Shown here piece after piece: positions 27,458 through 40,800 of a stretch of 64,000 nucleotides of DNA. A program made the translations under genes and the position numbers. The DNA is from Trichoplax adhaerens. Taxonomy: Eukaryota; Animalia; Placozoa. Each line of letters starts with the position of its first letter. Positions within the stretch are counted from its first letter, which is position 1. The notes under the pieces were generated by a model that was not told the DNA's origin, made no database searches, and saw only the letters and a program-made list of their open reading frames with translations. Location of the stretch: assembly GCF_000150275.1 (NCBI RefSeq), contig NW_002060943.1, positions 5,600,008-5,664,007 of the forward strand. Direction: 5' to 3'.

Positions 27458-27949
27458 TGCTTCCAGCTGATCGTCAATTTAGTTTCGGTTGAATCAAATG
27501 ATTGGTAGTATATTAGAGAAATAGTAGCACTCTGTTTTGCTAAGGAATTTCAAATGGATCAATATCTGATATGAATAGTTTTCCTTGGTCCATTTAATAT
27601 GACAGGAAGATCATGTATGAATTATTAATTACCGCTTGTGGATGTTGAAATGGATAACATAATGGAAATAGATATTGAGTCATCGAGGAAGAAGATTATT
27701 TCAAAGTATCCTTGAATTAATAAATTCAACCGATTTAAGATCGACTAATGTAATACGATATATTTATATCAATAGAATGATTCTTATATTAAAGGTACTA
27801 ACTTGTAGAGTTTGGAATACTGTATTAGTAAATATATTTCACGCCTAATGGCTAAAATATTCTGATAGCCTAACGAATTAGTGTCTATGAGGGAATATCT
27901 ATCAGAAATATTCTCATGGTAGAACGGTCAGTTTCTTTATGAAGCTACC

Positions 27950-30900
27950 GTGGTAGTTTATTTTTCATAAGGTTTCAAACTGATTAATAAGTTATCCTCC
28001 ATTAGAGTACTTAAATTTAAGAATATTATTATAATAAGATATCGCACTTATTGATACCTAAGTTTTAATGAGATATTCTTATGTTGAAACATATTTTAAC
28101 ACAGAAGAGTGGTTATTCTAGAATCAATATTTGCAGGTAAATTCAAGTAATATAAATAAATTAATCTCCGTAAGACAGTATTTTATTTAGTTATAATACA
28201 AAATTCGCGAAATTATCCTGTATCCAGTATTAATTTGAGCCCTAAAATTATGTGAGAAATTAAACTTTCTCAGACGATAGTTACTTCTGTATGTATTCTA
28301 AAAATATAATACAGTTATTTTAAAGCTACTTTCCGCGTAGTTTTTCTTTGAAATAACATAATATGTTATTGCTGCTATTAATGAGATTTAGAATGCAAGA
28401 CCACACTTATGAAGTTATTCTATATATTATTTTGTTTACTAATACTTAGTTATAGAATGAATTTATCAATATCTATTAAATATTTCATGTAAAAATAAGC
28501 GGCATGGTAATTTATTCAAGATATTTTCTGTCTTGAACCCTGAGTATGTGCATGTATAGTCGTAGTGAACACTTGATCAACATAAGTTATTGCCAAAATA
28601 AATCGGTAGTATTCATGGCGTTAAACGAAGTAGGGGAAATCCATTGAATACATAGATTACGTTTTAAATTTCCCTTTTATTATCATTACCTCTGCATATA
28701 TCGAAATACAATTGAGCATGATGAAAACTCAGCGTCAGATAAGCAATTGACCTAATTTCTATAGAGATTTATGAAAAGTAAATTTGGATCTGTAAAACTA
28801 ATCGAGTTAAAGAAACATTTCTATTTGTTAAATACAATCCTTTCTTTCTAAGATATGACGGTAAATTACCAAAATATTAATTCTTAACAAAGCGTATTCA
28901 AGACATCAATCATTGTTTAGGTGGATATTAAAGAAGAATACGGCTACTTCCTATAGCGGTACTTAGAATCTGCTAAATTCTAGAATTTTTTCTGATGCTT
29001 GCAGCTGGCAAGGTTAATTATATAATACTATTGCACTCGATCTAAAGAAAAATACTTTAAGGTTCTTTATACGGTATACAATCATATCTGTTGATAATAA
29101 ACTGCAATAATCTGGTATTGAAATCAGAGGCTAACAAAAATCAATTATCGGATAGATCAAATTGTAAAAATAACAAAAGCGTGATTGACGAATTGCGGGT
29201 TTTCTATTCTTGCTTTTATTGTTATTAGGCAGTAAAATAACAATTAAAATTACCGATAAACATATGATTTAATTCATTTTTGTAGTACAATATCTCTGGA
29301 CAAATAATCAGTATGCATGAGATTCTAAAAATGATCACGATAAAATAGGCCAAATTTCTTTATTCATAACTAAAAAATGCTCTGCCCTTGATAGTATGTT
29401 ACTAGCTATATTGAATACCAGTTGTTAATTAGAGTATTGTCTTCTAAAATTTTTTGTCAATCTTATAGTTTATAGAACTTTAAATCACTTGGATATCTAT
29501 TGAGGGCTAAAATAAACTAAAAAATGCACTGACTGAGGCAATAAATACATCTGAAGTGTTTATATGTGAAGAATAACCATAAAATTCGGCCTTTGAATAC
29601 CTTAACCGAGTAAATAGTTATTATAGTATCTATAGTGCTGTGAGAGTCTAGGTTAAATTTTTAAATTCAGTCACTTATTACAGGAAATCGTTGTTTACGG
29701 TAAAGACAGATATTAATAAGTCTGCCTTCAAATTTCAATATTCGATTTAAAAGTAGTTAAGGTTAGTATGTCGACTCCAATAACGTTAATTTATCCACCA
29801 TGTAACAGATGTAGTTTCAGCTATTGCTAATAAAACTAATGAAATGAATTATTTCAGTAGACGCAAAAATTACAGCTTGTAAGCAATTCTGAGGAGATAA
29901 ACAACTGTTAGCATTATTGCTAATAGCTTGTAAATATTAATGAATCGCTGATAAATATCACGATTAGATTAATCTGTTGATTTATTAATTAGTTAATTCA
30001 GAATTGGTCATACTGTACTAATAGGCTAGTTGCATATTGTGAATAAATATTTGATAACTAATATGTATATAATTGCATCAGCTAGTTTTTATTATCTTTT
30101 ATGTCCTATCTTGAATTTTTCTATCCTATTCATGCTGATTTTTTGAGGTACTAATTGTTACTGTGTAAATATCTTAACTGTATAGATTTACGTGAAGTCT
30201 TTATTAATTTTTAATCTTATTTACCCTCCTGTTATTGTGTATCTCAAGTTTTATTGTCTCTTGTTCATCATAAATGTGCTACTAGTTCCATTACCGATAG
30301 CTATAGTGTGATAAATCAATTGGATGGGATATGCAAGCATTTAAAGTCTTTATTAATTTGACAAATTCCAGTCTTGCTTTTATGGCTTTATTTCAATTTT
30401 GTATTTATTCATACTCACTATCTTGATCCATTTTAATCTCATAATTATTTTGATATCGTTAGTTTTATTGAACACCAGTAGGATGGATGCGCAAATAAGA
30501 TTTATTAATTTATTATTATATAATCGCGTACGTATAACACAATTTATTTTTTCCATCTTGATTGTGCTAATTTTGTGAATACCAATCTTTTTGGTGTATA
30601 ATTGATTAATTACTTAGAACAAGACTTAGTTGATTGAAAGTATTTTTAAATCTATTGACATATGACTTTGTTTCTGTAGCATCTTTTCAAATTTATGAAA
30701 CCTTTTCTTCTTGATGCTACTAGTCATTCCTGGATCAATGATTGTAACGGAATTCATTATATTAGATGGATATAAAGATAAATTTTTGTCGGTTCATTAT
30801 CGCACACTTTACTTTTATTGCTTATTTCAAGTTTTTTTATAGAATGGAAGCTTTATATTATTTGCATTGATCGTTAGGTCCATGATTAATTTGTACAAAT

Positions 30901-31000
30901 TTTTTGTTATGCAATGTTGTTTTCATATGATAATTTTAATATTTTACGTCTTTGACAATTTATCGTAATTTAAGTGATCCTTTACATGTTTGCTGCTATG
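27950..31000 (+). pseudogene. Heavily degraded LRR-containing GPCR-like remnant (boundaries approximate)
   Basis: Broken frames show LRR-like pieces (LEYLNL, YNKISHL, GNPLN) followed by rhodopsin-like TM fragments (HADFL at about 30131, ITDSY/DRY-like at about 30289, IVTEF at about 30741), in the expected order. No intact ORF; read by eye only. Confidence 0.3.
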
Positions 31001-32639
31001 ATTTGCTGCAGTTAATTAATTTCATAAATAGCATGAGTTAGTAATGTCTACTTTAATGAATCATTTTGAAATTCACTTTTTAAGCGTTGTTTTCAAGACT
31101 AATATTTGTTATCTTAGTTATATTGATCCTTTGAACATGAAATTATGCAGATATAGTTGATTACTTATGAAGATTGAATACAAGTATTGGTTTTCGTTCA
31201 TTCATTCATTATTAATTAGTTAAATATTATAGAATATATCCTATCGCTAATGATGATTTAAACGATTCAAAAATATAAATCTCTTGGTTATTTTCTACAT
31301 TACTGACCATGTATGTTGCGCTTTTGGGTCAATAACGTAATAGTTTCAGCTTAATTGCGATCTTTGTATATTCATTATATCTTAGCTTGCAGTAAAAGGT
31401 TAGATATGAGATGTTATACGCCGGCGCGTTCAGATCAAATATAAATACCCTGTGTATCTTGTAAATAAATGTTCTAGCATATTCTATGATTTATTTGAAA
31501 AATAACATAATAAACCAGCTCTAATAAGGTAGTTATAATAATAAAGAGTGGAATAAATGGATTTGCAACTAATATCCTTATGAACACTAGAAGATTAAAG
31601 ACTTTAATATCTTATTGGTAATGAAGAGTAAATATCTTATTCTATATTGTATAAAACTCTATTGACAATACTATGAAAAGCCATAGTATACATTTATTAA
31701 TCGTTTTTTCCTGTAAGCTATAAGAATAAGGAATTTGTATTACGTCAAAGCAAGCGTTGTGTAAAACAATATCTAAATATACGGTAAGTTGTCAATTAAG
31801 TAGTTAAAAGTATTTCCTGTTTCAAAAATATTTTCATCATTTGAATGTGCTTATTGGTTGCTATTTTGTAAGAAATGAGTAATATCTAACAATAGTACTG
31901 CATAGCTGAAACCATGATTTAACACAGTAGCAAATAGAAATAGCCATGGACTACTAAAAGAAGACATGGACCTAAATGTCTCGTAACCTAAGCGCATAGG
32001 GCTTATGATAAATGAGGGTTGCTGATACCGCACATTATCTAGTGTATCGCGTGCGAGTACATGCACAGTAATATACAGTATCGTAGTGTAGGCATCGCGG
32101 CTATAGCCTCTGTTGGATGCAGAACGGTTCTTCCTTATTAATGTACTTTACTAATACATAAATAAGGATAAATATGAAAAGAATATTGAGTAGTCTGAGT
32201 AGTAGTAAAGTATGGTAAACGTACAGTGAGTTACTCTACCACTAAATACACAGTACAGTAGCAGATCTTTCAATCATCTCCATAGGACTGCTGCACATCC
32301 CTTCTTATCCTGCTAACTCATTTGTATTTAGAAGTCCATGACTGAACTATTGCAAGTGTCCAGTTCACACGAGAACAATAATAACACCAACCCAAGTAAA
32401 GCGCCTGAACGCTACCCATTTCCCTTGCAGCACTAAAAATACATTCATTTTCATTTCATTATTTTATATTTTATTCAACGGTAAAATCTTCCGAAAAACT
32501 AAAATCAAAATGCTAAAAATTCAATAATTTTGGCAGAAGACCTAGACCAGGACAGGACTAATCACTCTTTGGACGGACAGACATTTTAGGCCTCATGGCG
32601 TCACCACGAACCAACCGCCACCATAGCAAGTTAAATCAG

Positions 32640-32693
32640 GGACTTCTCCATGGAAAATCCATTTATAAAAATGGAATTTTCATGGAGAAGTCC
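32640..32693. repeat. Near-perfect 25-bp-stem inverted repeat (hairpin)
   Basis: GGACTTCTCCATGGAAAATCCATTT-ATAA-AAATGGAATTTTCATGGAGAAGTCC; the arms pair with about 2 mismatches. Confidence 0.85.
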
Positions 32694-32826
32694 ATGGTTC
32701 AACGGTCTTGTTCATTCAAACGTCGTGTAAAGAGTGTGTACTATATATACAGTGTACACAGTACCTATTCGAAATAGCGAAATGACTATCCAAAATTTGG
32801 ATAGCACTTGCTAGTTGCTATGTTAC

Positions 32827-33216
32827 CAGTACGGTACGGTACAACTTGGACTGTACTTCCGTCGGTGCTGTTGAAGTCCAAATTTCCGGTCAAAAGAGTA
32901 CAAACTGATAGTCAAGCTTTCTCATCAAATCCGCTCGGCCGGGTTATCCAATCTTAAGGAAATCTGTGCAACACTTGGCACTTGCTAGTTGCTACATTCA
33001 AAATGATCAATTATTATGAAATGGTCGACAATCCGTCCCTCCATGGTTTCTCTTTTAGTTGTCCTGATGCAGTACGGTACGATTTAGACTGTACTTCCGT
33101 CGGTGCTAGTGAAGTCAAAATTTCCGTTCAAAAGAGTACAAACTGATAGTCAAGCTTTCTCATCAAATCCGCTCGGCCGGTTATCCAATTCAAGGAAATC
33201 TGTGCAACACTTGGCA
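32827..33216. repeat. Two near-identical ~150-bp direct repeats (32827-32980 and 33070-33216)
   Basis: GACTGTACTTCCGTCGGTGCT...CAAAAGAGTACAAACTGATAGTCAAGCTTTCTCATCAAATCCGCTCGGCCGG...AAGGAAATCTGTGCAACACTTGGCA occurs twice. Confidence 0.9.
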
Positions 33217-33895
33217 GTATTATCTTGCAATATAGAAGTTATATATTAAAGCTTGTAGTGTACTGTACATACGCCCAGTAGTAATTCAACCATGGTCTGG
33301 CACCGTCCATTAACACTTTGTCGAAATCAACGCTATCGCGATGACCAAGATCCGCGATTACAAAGACGTCTCCCGCCGTCTGGCCCTAGATGCTAGATAT
33401 TTTAAGCAAGATCCTAGAGCTCCACAATCTAGTGATCATCAAAGTGCCTGCCATCATGGTAAGCACGGATATCAGGCGAAGGCTCAGTATCGCGATCGTA
33501 CAGAATTACAGCATATAACAGCTATAATACCTAAAAGCATAAGGTTTCTGGATGGGACGCACAGTGCAAGTTTAGTTTTTACGCAACATTTTTTTGCCAC
33601 CTATAAAAAGAATGTCGGCCGTAGCGGTAAATTTATACGTAGCAAAATTGCATTCTATCTTTGGCAGGACAAAGTAAATTACGCTTGCCATCAACTGTTC
33701 CTTTTATGCTTAAAATATATATTTTATTAAAGCTTGTAATGGGAAATTACCACTATTAAAATCTTAATACAAGTTTAGTATTTGTACAGTTTGTACCAAC
33801 TATACGTACAGTAGTTGATAATTAACCAACAAAAATCAGTTTAATATTGGCTAGGTAAAGGGATCAACAAGATTTTATTTATAATATTCAGCCTT

Positions 33896-34267
33896 TTAAG
33901 TACTAGTAGATTTATAGCTCGGATGATGGGTTAAGATCGTTACGAGCTTTTGGACCCTTATCTATAAAGATAACATGAAAAAAGTGCTAGACTCACTGAA
34001 AAAAAAACACCTGCACTAATCTATTTTGTCGGGGTTCTTAATATTCTTATTGGAATGGTGTTTGTTACAAATTTTAATTATTGGTACATGGGTGTTGAAG
34101 TTCTTGTAACCTTGTTAGGTTGGTTATTTCTTATCCGAGGCCTTATTCTCATGTTTTTCCCTAAAGCTTTTGACAAAATGCTTTAGAACTATCAAAGTTC
34201 TTATATTCTCTTTTCATTGATCGGAATTGCATGGGGAATTGCCCTCACTTGGTTTGCTTTCAGATAA
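33896..34267 (+). pseudogene. Bacterial-type small 4-TM membrane protein, pseudogenised (not in the ORF track)
   Basis: Reconstructed as STSRFIARMMG*/IVTSFWTLIYKDNMKKVLDSLKK/TPALIYFVGVLNILIGMVFVTNFNYWYMGVEVLVTLLGWLFLIRGLILMFFPKAFDKML*NYQSSYILFSLIGIAWGIALTWFAFR*. Frameshift in the A-run at about 33999-34008 and an internal TAG. Confidence 0.7.
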
Positions 34268-34276
34268 AGCTTATGA

Positions 34277-34302
34277 GGCGCCAAAGTGATACTTGGCGCT
34301 TT
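34277..34302. terminator. Rho-independent, probably bidirectional, terminator relic
   Basis: The GCGCCAA(A)GT-GAT-ACTTGGCGC stem followed by TTT lies between the stop at 34267 (+) and the stop at 34321 (-). Confidence 0.65.
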
Positions 34303-34320
34303 AAATCAAATGCATGTTCA

Positions 34321-35468
34321 TTAATGCCTTTGATGATAAATTGCTGTATGAACGGAATTGCACTTTTCAAGCTCACTAGTTTTATCGTTTGGCACAATAT
34401 CCCATAGAACAAGACCACCATTACTCATTCTCTTATAAAGCCTACAATTGCGGCCGTCAGCTAGTCGTTGTTCTGCTTTTTCCGTTTGATCAGAATGTTC
34501 ATGAAGTTGTCGGTGCAAATTCCACCGTAATGAACATTTTCGGTTGGAAAATGCGCTTTGTAGGGAAGGGTTTTAAAGAACTCGTTAAAGCCGGCTTCAA
34601 GTGCTTGTCTTTCGTCCTCTGTTTGATTTTCTTCGTAGGAGCTTACTTGTTCAGAGAGATTGGGATATCGAGTTTTTAAATGAGGAAACGGAATTTCCTG
34701 TGCTAAACTGCCCCAACCTTTCAGTGCCGTCCAATCGATTTCTCCTGCATCGGTTGTTGGAAAAGATTGGGTTGAAAGGAATGTAAATGCTGCACTTTCA
34801 AATTTTTTACAGAAATCAAGTATTTTATTAAATTCTTCAATCTGTTTTTTAAGGCCATTTAGTTCACTCTTTAGGGCACGCCGATTCTTTTCATGGACCC
34901 AGATCTTAAACTGACAATCGGGATGATCAAAGCGAAATCCTCGGAAGTTGGAGTTTGTAGAACTTTCATTCCATGTTGCAGAGAGCCGTTTGAGTACAAA
35001 GTCGCGGTGATGTAGGGGTTGTTCTTGTCTGATAAGGGTTTCCCAATCAACTGTCTTTGTCCCACGGGGGTCATCTTTATGCAATTTTCCTGCAAAGCAA
35101 ATGAAAGGAGGAATCCCATTAAGCTCCCATTCTTCTTGTCTGTCAAAACACCATCTGTTGCTAGCATTTTTTTTATAAACATCAACAACCTTTGCTTTTC
35201 TTTTAAGACTATCTAGGGCTGTAGAAGAAAGTGCAAAAGTTCCACACATTTCTTCTTGAATTTCGTTCACTCCAGAAGAATCAACTGATCCCATACGACC
35301 TTCATAAAAAGGTAATCCTTGATTTGCTGAAAGAAGAACAAAAAAGCCATCACGCATTACATACAAATAAGGAGTGACAACTTTGGTATAGTCAGTTCCA
35401 TTTCCTAGCGTCGTTGGAAAGAGTTTGTTCCAAAGAGAACCAAATTGTTCATGAGTGGTACTCGGCAT
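34321..35468 (-). pseudogene. Bacterial-like hypothetical protein (about 380 aa), probably frameshifted near its 3' end
   Basis: ORF 34461-35576, with the likely start MPSTTHEQ at 35468. The overlapping frame 34321-34518 continues to a stop just before the terminator, suggesting one frameshift. No family recognised. Confidence 0.55.
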
Positions 35469-36094
35469 TTTTATAAGTGCTTTTTTGATGATGATGGTTA
35501 CGTTGTTCAAAAGCGAGTTGGTTCCGAAAAAGATGAGATGTAAATTTCTGTACTCCTGCACGAGGTCCAGCACCAAAAAAAATAAGTGTGGTCACGTGAG
35601 TCTTGATTGAGAGTTTAGCATTGTGAGTGGCTAGACCAATCATTATAACAGAAGCTGGACCATGTAGGTAGTGTAATTGACGTTGACTGAATCGTTGCTT
35701 AAAGGTAAGGGGATGTGTATAAGAGCAAGTAGAATTTAGAACAGATGCTAAGGCAATTCCATAGCATTGATTTAGCAAAGAATCACTTTGTAAAGCCGAT
35801 TTATGCCAAAAGTAATAATACCGTAGTTACTAAATAATTAGTAATTTACTTTATTTATTTACTTTATTATTTAATTTATTTAGGAAGTTACTAAATAATT
35901 AGTAATTATTGCCAAAAGTAATAATACCCGTAGAAAATAAATTGATTGAAGCGGCGACCGCTGAACTCAAAGCAGCCATCTAATCCTCCTATAAAAATTG
36001 CCATAAAACAGGATAATTAGAAAAAAGAATTAAAACAAGGATAGATTTTACGTTCATTGGAGTTTTTGGATAGGTTCATTGGTGACACAATCTG

Positions 36095-37820
36095 GTGAAT
36101 AAATCGCAGTTTCCGGTATACTGGAAAAAAAATTTTATGCTATACGTTAATGGTAAGCTTCACTCTGAGAAAAACCTTCCAGGAATCATCCATTTTGATG
36201 AAAATCACACGATTACAGAAGTTCAAGAGTACAATCAAGGCGTTCTTCATGGGGATCATATTCAATACCATCCAAATGAAAGACAAAGTTATCAAGTACG
36301 CTATGTCAATGGAAAGAAAGAAGGGATGGAAAAGTGCTTTAATTCTAGTGAAGGAGAGTACGTTGACGGAAAGATGGTTGGAAAGCATTGGAAAAAACAT
36401 GAAAATGGAACGATGGCTTTCCTCGCAACTTATGATAAAAAAGGATTACTCAAAGAACCGATTCGCGAATTTGATGAAAATGGTCAAAAGATTGCTGAGT
36501 ACTCTAGAAATCCTGAAGGGCAGTTTCATGGAAAATTTCAATCTTGGTTTTCTGATGAAAAGCTACTAACCGACGGCTATTATGTTAATGGAGAACTTGA
36601 AGGTGAATATGTCCAACACTTTCCTTCAGGTCAGGTAAAACTTAATGGGAATTACAAAAACCAATTAAAAGATGGCCTTTTCCAAGAGTGGTATGAAGAT
36701 GGCAAACTTGCTTTTAGAGGAACGTTTAGCCAAGGCAATCGCAATGGAGAGTTCTGCGATTGGTATTCCAATGGGCAAATGAAAACTCAGAGAAACTTCA
36801 AAGACTCCTTATTTCATGGAGACCAGAAAGATTAGCATGAAGACGGAGCTCTCAGCGTTGAGGCCCGTTATGAAATGGGCAAAAAAGATGGAACTTTTAC
36901 ATCATGCAATCCAAAAGGGATCCTTCTTTTTGAAGGCGTTTTTGACGAAGATAGACCTATTGGAACACATACTGCCTACTATGATTCTGGACAAAAGTTG
37001 GAGATCTTTCACTTCTTGGATGGAAAGCAGGAAGGAAAGCATGACCAGTACTACTAAAATGGTTAAAATTAAATTGAGCGAAACCTTTAAAAATGATCTT
37101 ATTGAGGGAGAAGCTCTAGGTTATTTTGAAGATGGAAGTGAAGCGTTTATTAGAAATGCCAAAGAAGGAAAGCCTGTTGGGGTTCAAAAAGAATTTTATC
37201 CTCCTTGTAAAGGGATCAAAGGAACACTATCCAGTCTTTATTTCCATAATGACAAGGGTGAGCTTCATGGAGAACAGAAGTCTTATTATCCCAATGGAAT
37301 TGTTCAAACATCGATTGGCTATGAGAATGGTCAGCTGCATGGATTAAAAGGTTTATGGGATCAAGAAAGCAACCTTCTTGAAGAATACAAATACATAAAA
37401 GGCAAATTGGAAGGGCGCCACTTTGAAAAAGATCAAGAGGGACCAGAAATTGTTTATCATTACAAAAATAATAAACGAGAGGGTCCACACTATATCCACT
37501 ATCCTTTAGATGTGACTGAAGGAGAAAAGGTCAAAGCCATTGAAGGAACTTACCTAAACAACAAGATCCGTGGTAAAGTCACTGAATACGATCCTAGTGG
37601 GGCAAAGATTAGTATCACGGCCTACAAAAATGGAAAGAAAGATGGAGATTCAGAGCTTTTCCATAGAAATGGTCGGATAGCTATTCGGTTAACATTCAAA
37701 GACGATTTAAGAGAGGGTTCTTCCTATCAGTACTATGCTTCAGGTCAGCTTTACAGAGAAGTTGAGTTTGTAAAAGATCAGAAGGAAGAATAGGAAAAAA
37801 CTTACTTTGAAGATGGTACT
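36095..37820 (+). pseudogene. MORN-variant repeat (YwqK antitoxin-like) protein, pseudogenised and truncated
   Basis: Continuous G..HG....Y(Y/F).NG.....Y.NG repeats across ORFs 36095-36835, 36875-37057 and the 3' part of 36816-37793. Lesions: TAG at 36833 (QKD*HEDG, Trp expected), TAA at 37055, a frameshift at about 37065, and TAG at 37791, after which EKTYFEDGT continues. Confidence 0.85.
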
Positions 37821-40800
37821 GTCGAATTTACAATTGTCCCATTTGTACAGTACAAGTGTACATCTGTACCGTATTCAAGAAATCAACTGGCTTTTGAAGT
37901 TGTTTATAGCAACGAAAGAATTTACATATATATGATAGTTAATCATCCACGATAGTTCGGTATAGTACAGTACAGTTATGCATTTATTGAGCCATCTTCA
38001 TGCGAGCATTTAGGGTTGTTCACGCAGTTACAGTTTTGAACTGCAGCATTACGGCATATCAGCATTGATAAATTCAACACTAAAGGCAAATGTTGAACCA
38101 ATCCCAAATTTCGTTTTGTTCATTAAATTATTATAATTGTAACGATTACAGGGTGTCGAAATTTTAAGGTAGTAGCATTTTATTTTATTTAATTTATACT
38201 ATCAGCTTGTAGGGAAAATACGTTATAATCATTGAATATTCAATTATGAATCGTAGTAAGTGCGTTTCAGGATATTTTTGGATTTAGCCTTCAATAGATA
38301 GTGTACGTATACCATCTATTTTCTTTCATATGGTACTTTTACAATTTTGTTTTCAAGTCTCAGGCTGAAAGTGGACGCTCAAAGTCGGAGCGCATGTATA
38401 GATCGAAATTGTGAAAATCATTTTCATTACTTTGTATGAATTTAGCTTTATATTTGTATCACTTCTTAAACAACTACACCTGCAAGCCTTTAAAGTGCAA
38501 TAAAATTACAAATATTGACAAGATAGACTGATTTGTTCCCCAGGAATAAATCCCTTGATCAAATTTTTACAGTTAGTGTAGTCGGTGTATTACAGTACTG
38601 CAAGATGCATAGTCACACAGTGACCATGGTAAGAATATTCGATTTGGTGACATTCACTAATGTTTGTGAAATTGTGAACATGTAAGTAAGCTTCCAAGCT
38701 GTAACTGCAATCGCCTGTCGACAACACTTTTAGAATCAATATGCCTAAAAATTTCCTATAACCAATTGCTAGTTTAGAGTCGGCAGTGATATATAAAGTA
38801 AAAAGGACCAGTACAGTACGTTGAAGCATGACAGGCGAGGAATCGACGAGCTGATCATAATAACGAAACATAGATTTCCATGATTAATTATGGACTGTGG
38901 TCATAGTATTATCCGTCTTAATAATAGTAGTAGATGTATTAATAGTTATGATTTAAAAGATATTTCAATTCCTCTCTTAAATAAATTATATGGTAATAGC
39001 AAGAGTGAAATCAGCTTAAAATTTATACGTGAGCCCGGTGAACTTATTTTAATTTATGTTTCATATAAAATTGGACGTATAAATTTTGAACTAAAGCTAA
39101 TAATTATACCCTGTAATAATTTCAGCTAATTAAAGCAGTTTTGTGTTAGAAAAATATAGCGATAGTACAGCATGTAGTATAGTACATACCATAAGTGTCC
39201 TTCATTTTCCTATCGAACTGCTTAACAATTGATATTAATATGTACTACATACAATTTACTTATGTGATAGGAAGTACTATTAACTATCCATATGTATGGG
39301 ATCCTGTTAGAATAAATAGAGAATAGGGTTTAGTATCATCATTGTTATAAATCTCTTTAGGAAGTTTGTTATAAATTTTGAAATATTTATTATTAATCAA
39401 TCGGAGTACGTAGTTACTCTATTCATCTTTGAAAATAGCTTCATGTACCAGATTTATATAAGTAATATATACTGATTAATATATTTTCAGTAAAGCTAAG
39501 GTTTTGGTATGTTATGACCGATGCTATAATACAAGAATATAACGTAAAGTATCTGTGCTTTATCTATTTGGACACAGCAAGCCTACTTCATAGCTTATAA
39601 CTTATTAGGATAACCCTTTTAATATCAGTTTTTATGTTTAAAACTATAAAATTGTATCCAGGTTATGCCACGGCCTTCTATTGAAGAGATACTGATATAA
39701 TTATAATTTATTTTTATTTTCGACATTATCCGAAGATTCAAAAAGAAGAACTATCAGATTTAAATACTAAGTTTAGGCCAATATCGATAAATTTATTGTC
39801 AGTAAAGCTTAAGCTTTTAATAATACAGTACAAGAAGATAGTGAAAAGTATCTTTAGTTTTTCCAACTTGACATAGCAAAGCTGCTTCATATAGCATATA
39901 ATCTGTTAGAACCGCCCTTTTAATACTAATTTTCTATGATGATATTTTTTCGATGCTATTTTTGCATTTATTTTTTTACAGACAATATTTTTAATCAAGG
40001 TGGACAACTTTGCTTTAACCAGCTCAACAGAACCACTTGTTATGCTAAGATATATCAACATGACAATGCCATTAAATTGCTAGTAATTTTAGCGCCATTT
40101 ACGGTAGTCAAGCTGTATCGTTTCAAGAATCATATTTCATCCATAATTTGTCATTAAATTGGAAGATTGTCGACATACAGCTGTCACAAAACAGCTTTCG
40201 TGATCGTACCTAAACTAGTCTAATCTACTCTTATGGTTCTCCTACTAACTCCGGAGATCCTCAGTAAGGGAAAACTAACTTATTCCTATACTATAGTAAT
40301 CGAGTCAAACGATAGGCTTAGGTTAATAAATTTCTTTATTACTAGCCCATTTACGTTTGTACTAGTGTACTCTACGTTAACCTCAGTGGAACTGAGATTA
40401 AAAATTAATAATCAAGCTTATATACAGTTTCATATGTCACAAAAATAACCCCGGTGCTAATCTTTCATATTAAATTATATAATGTGCAATATAGGCTTAT
40501 TATAGATCCGACTAGATCGAGTGTTACTTAATACTTGCCACTAATTAATATTATTAATTAGCACCTTATTAAGTAACATTATAATCTTCACAGCTTGAGA
40601 TTTTAATTGCTAACACAATATCCACTCTGTATATTACTACGATAATTAATAACAAAACTCAGTTAACAACTAGGTTGTTGTCGAGATCGGCAACCTCCAT
40701 AATAACATTATTACACATATTAGATCAAAATACTATTCTTTTCTGAGCGAACTCCGTCACAACAGCAAACTGTGAAAATTACTTTATTTTCGTCATAATT

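Larger units (their letters stand above)
33890..37915. other. Integrated, decaying bacterial DNA fragment (about 4 kb); boundaries approximate
   Basis: Gene-dense, intronless and visibly less AT-rich than the flanks. Convergent genes share a stem-loop terminator, the protein families look bacterial, and the genes carry nonsense or frameshift lesions. Confidence 0.8.

Noticed and set aside
33341-33730. 129-aa ORF next to the bacterial insert
   Set aside because: No recognisable motif and no supporting splice or RBS signals; it lies in repeat-like DNA.
35449-35778. 109-aa minus-strand ORF and the N-terminal extension of the 371-aa ORF
   Set aside because: No protein-like features; the opposite strand looks more like a degraded gene tail.
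36095-37793. Two separate genes or a functional YwqJK toxin-antitoxin pair
   Set aside because: The ORFs are pieces of one broken repeat protein, and no recognisable toxin gene is adjacent.
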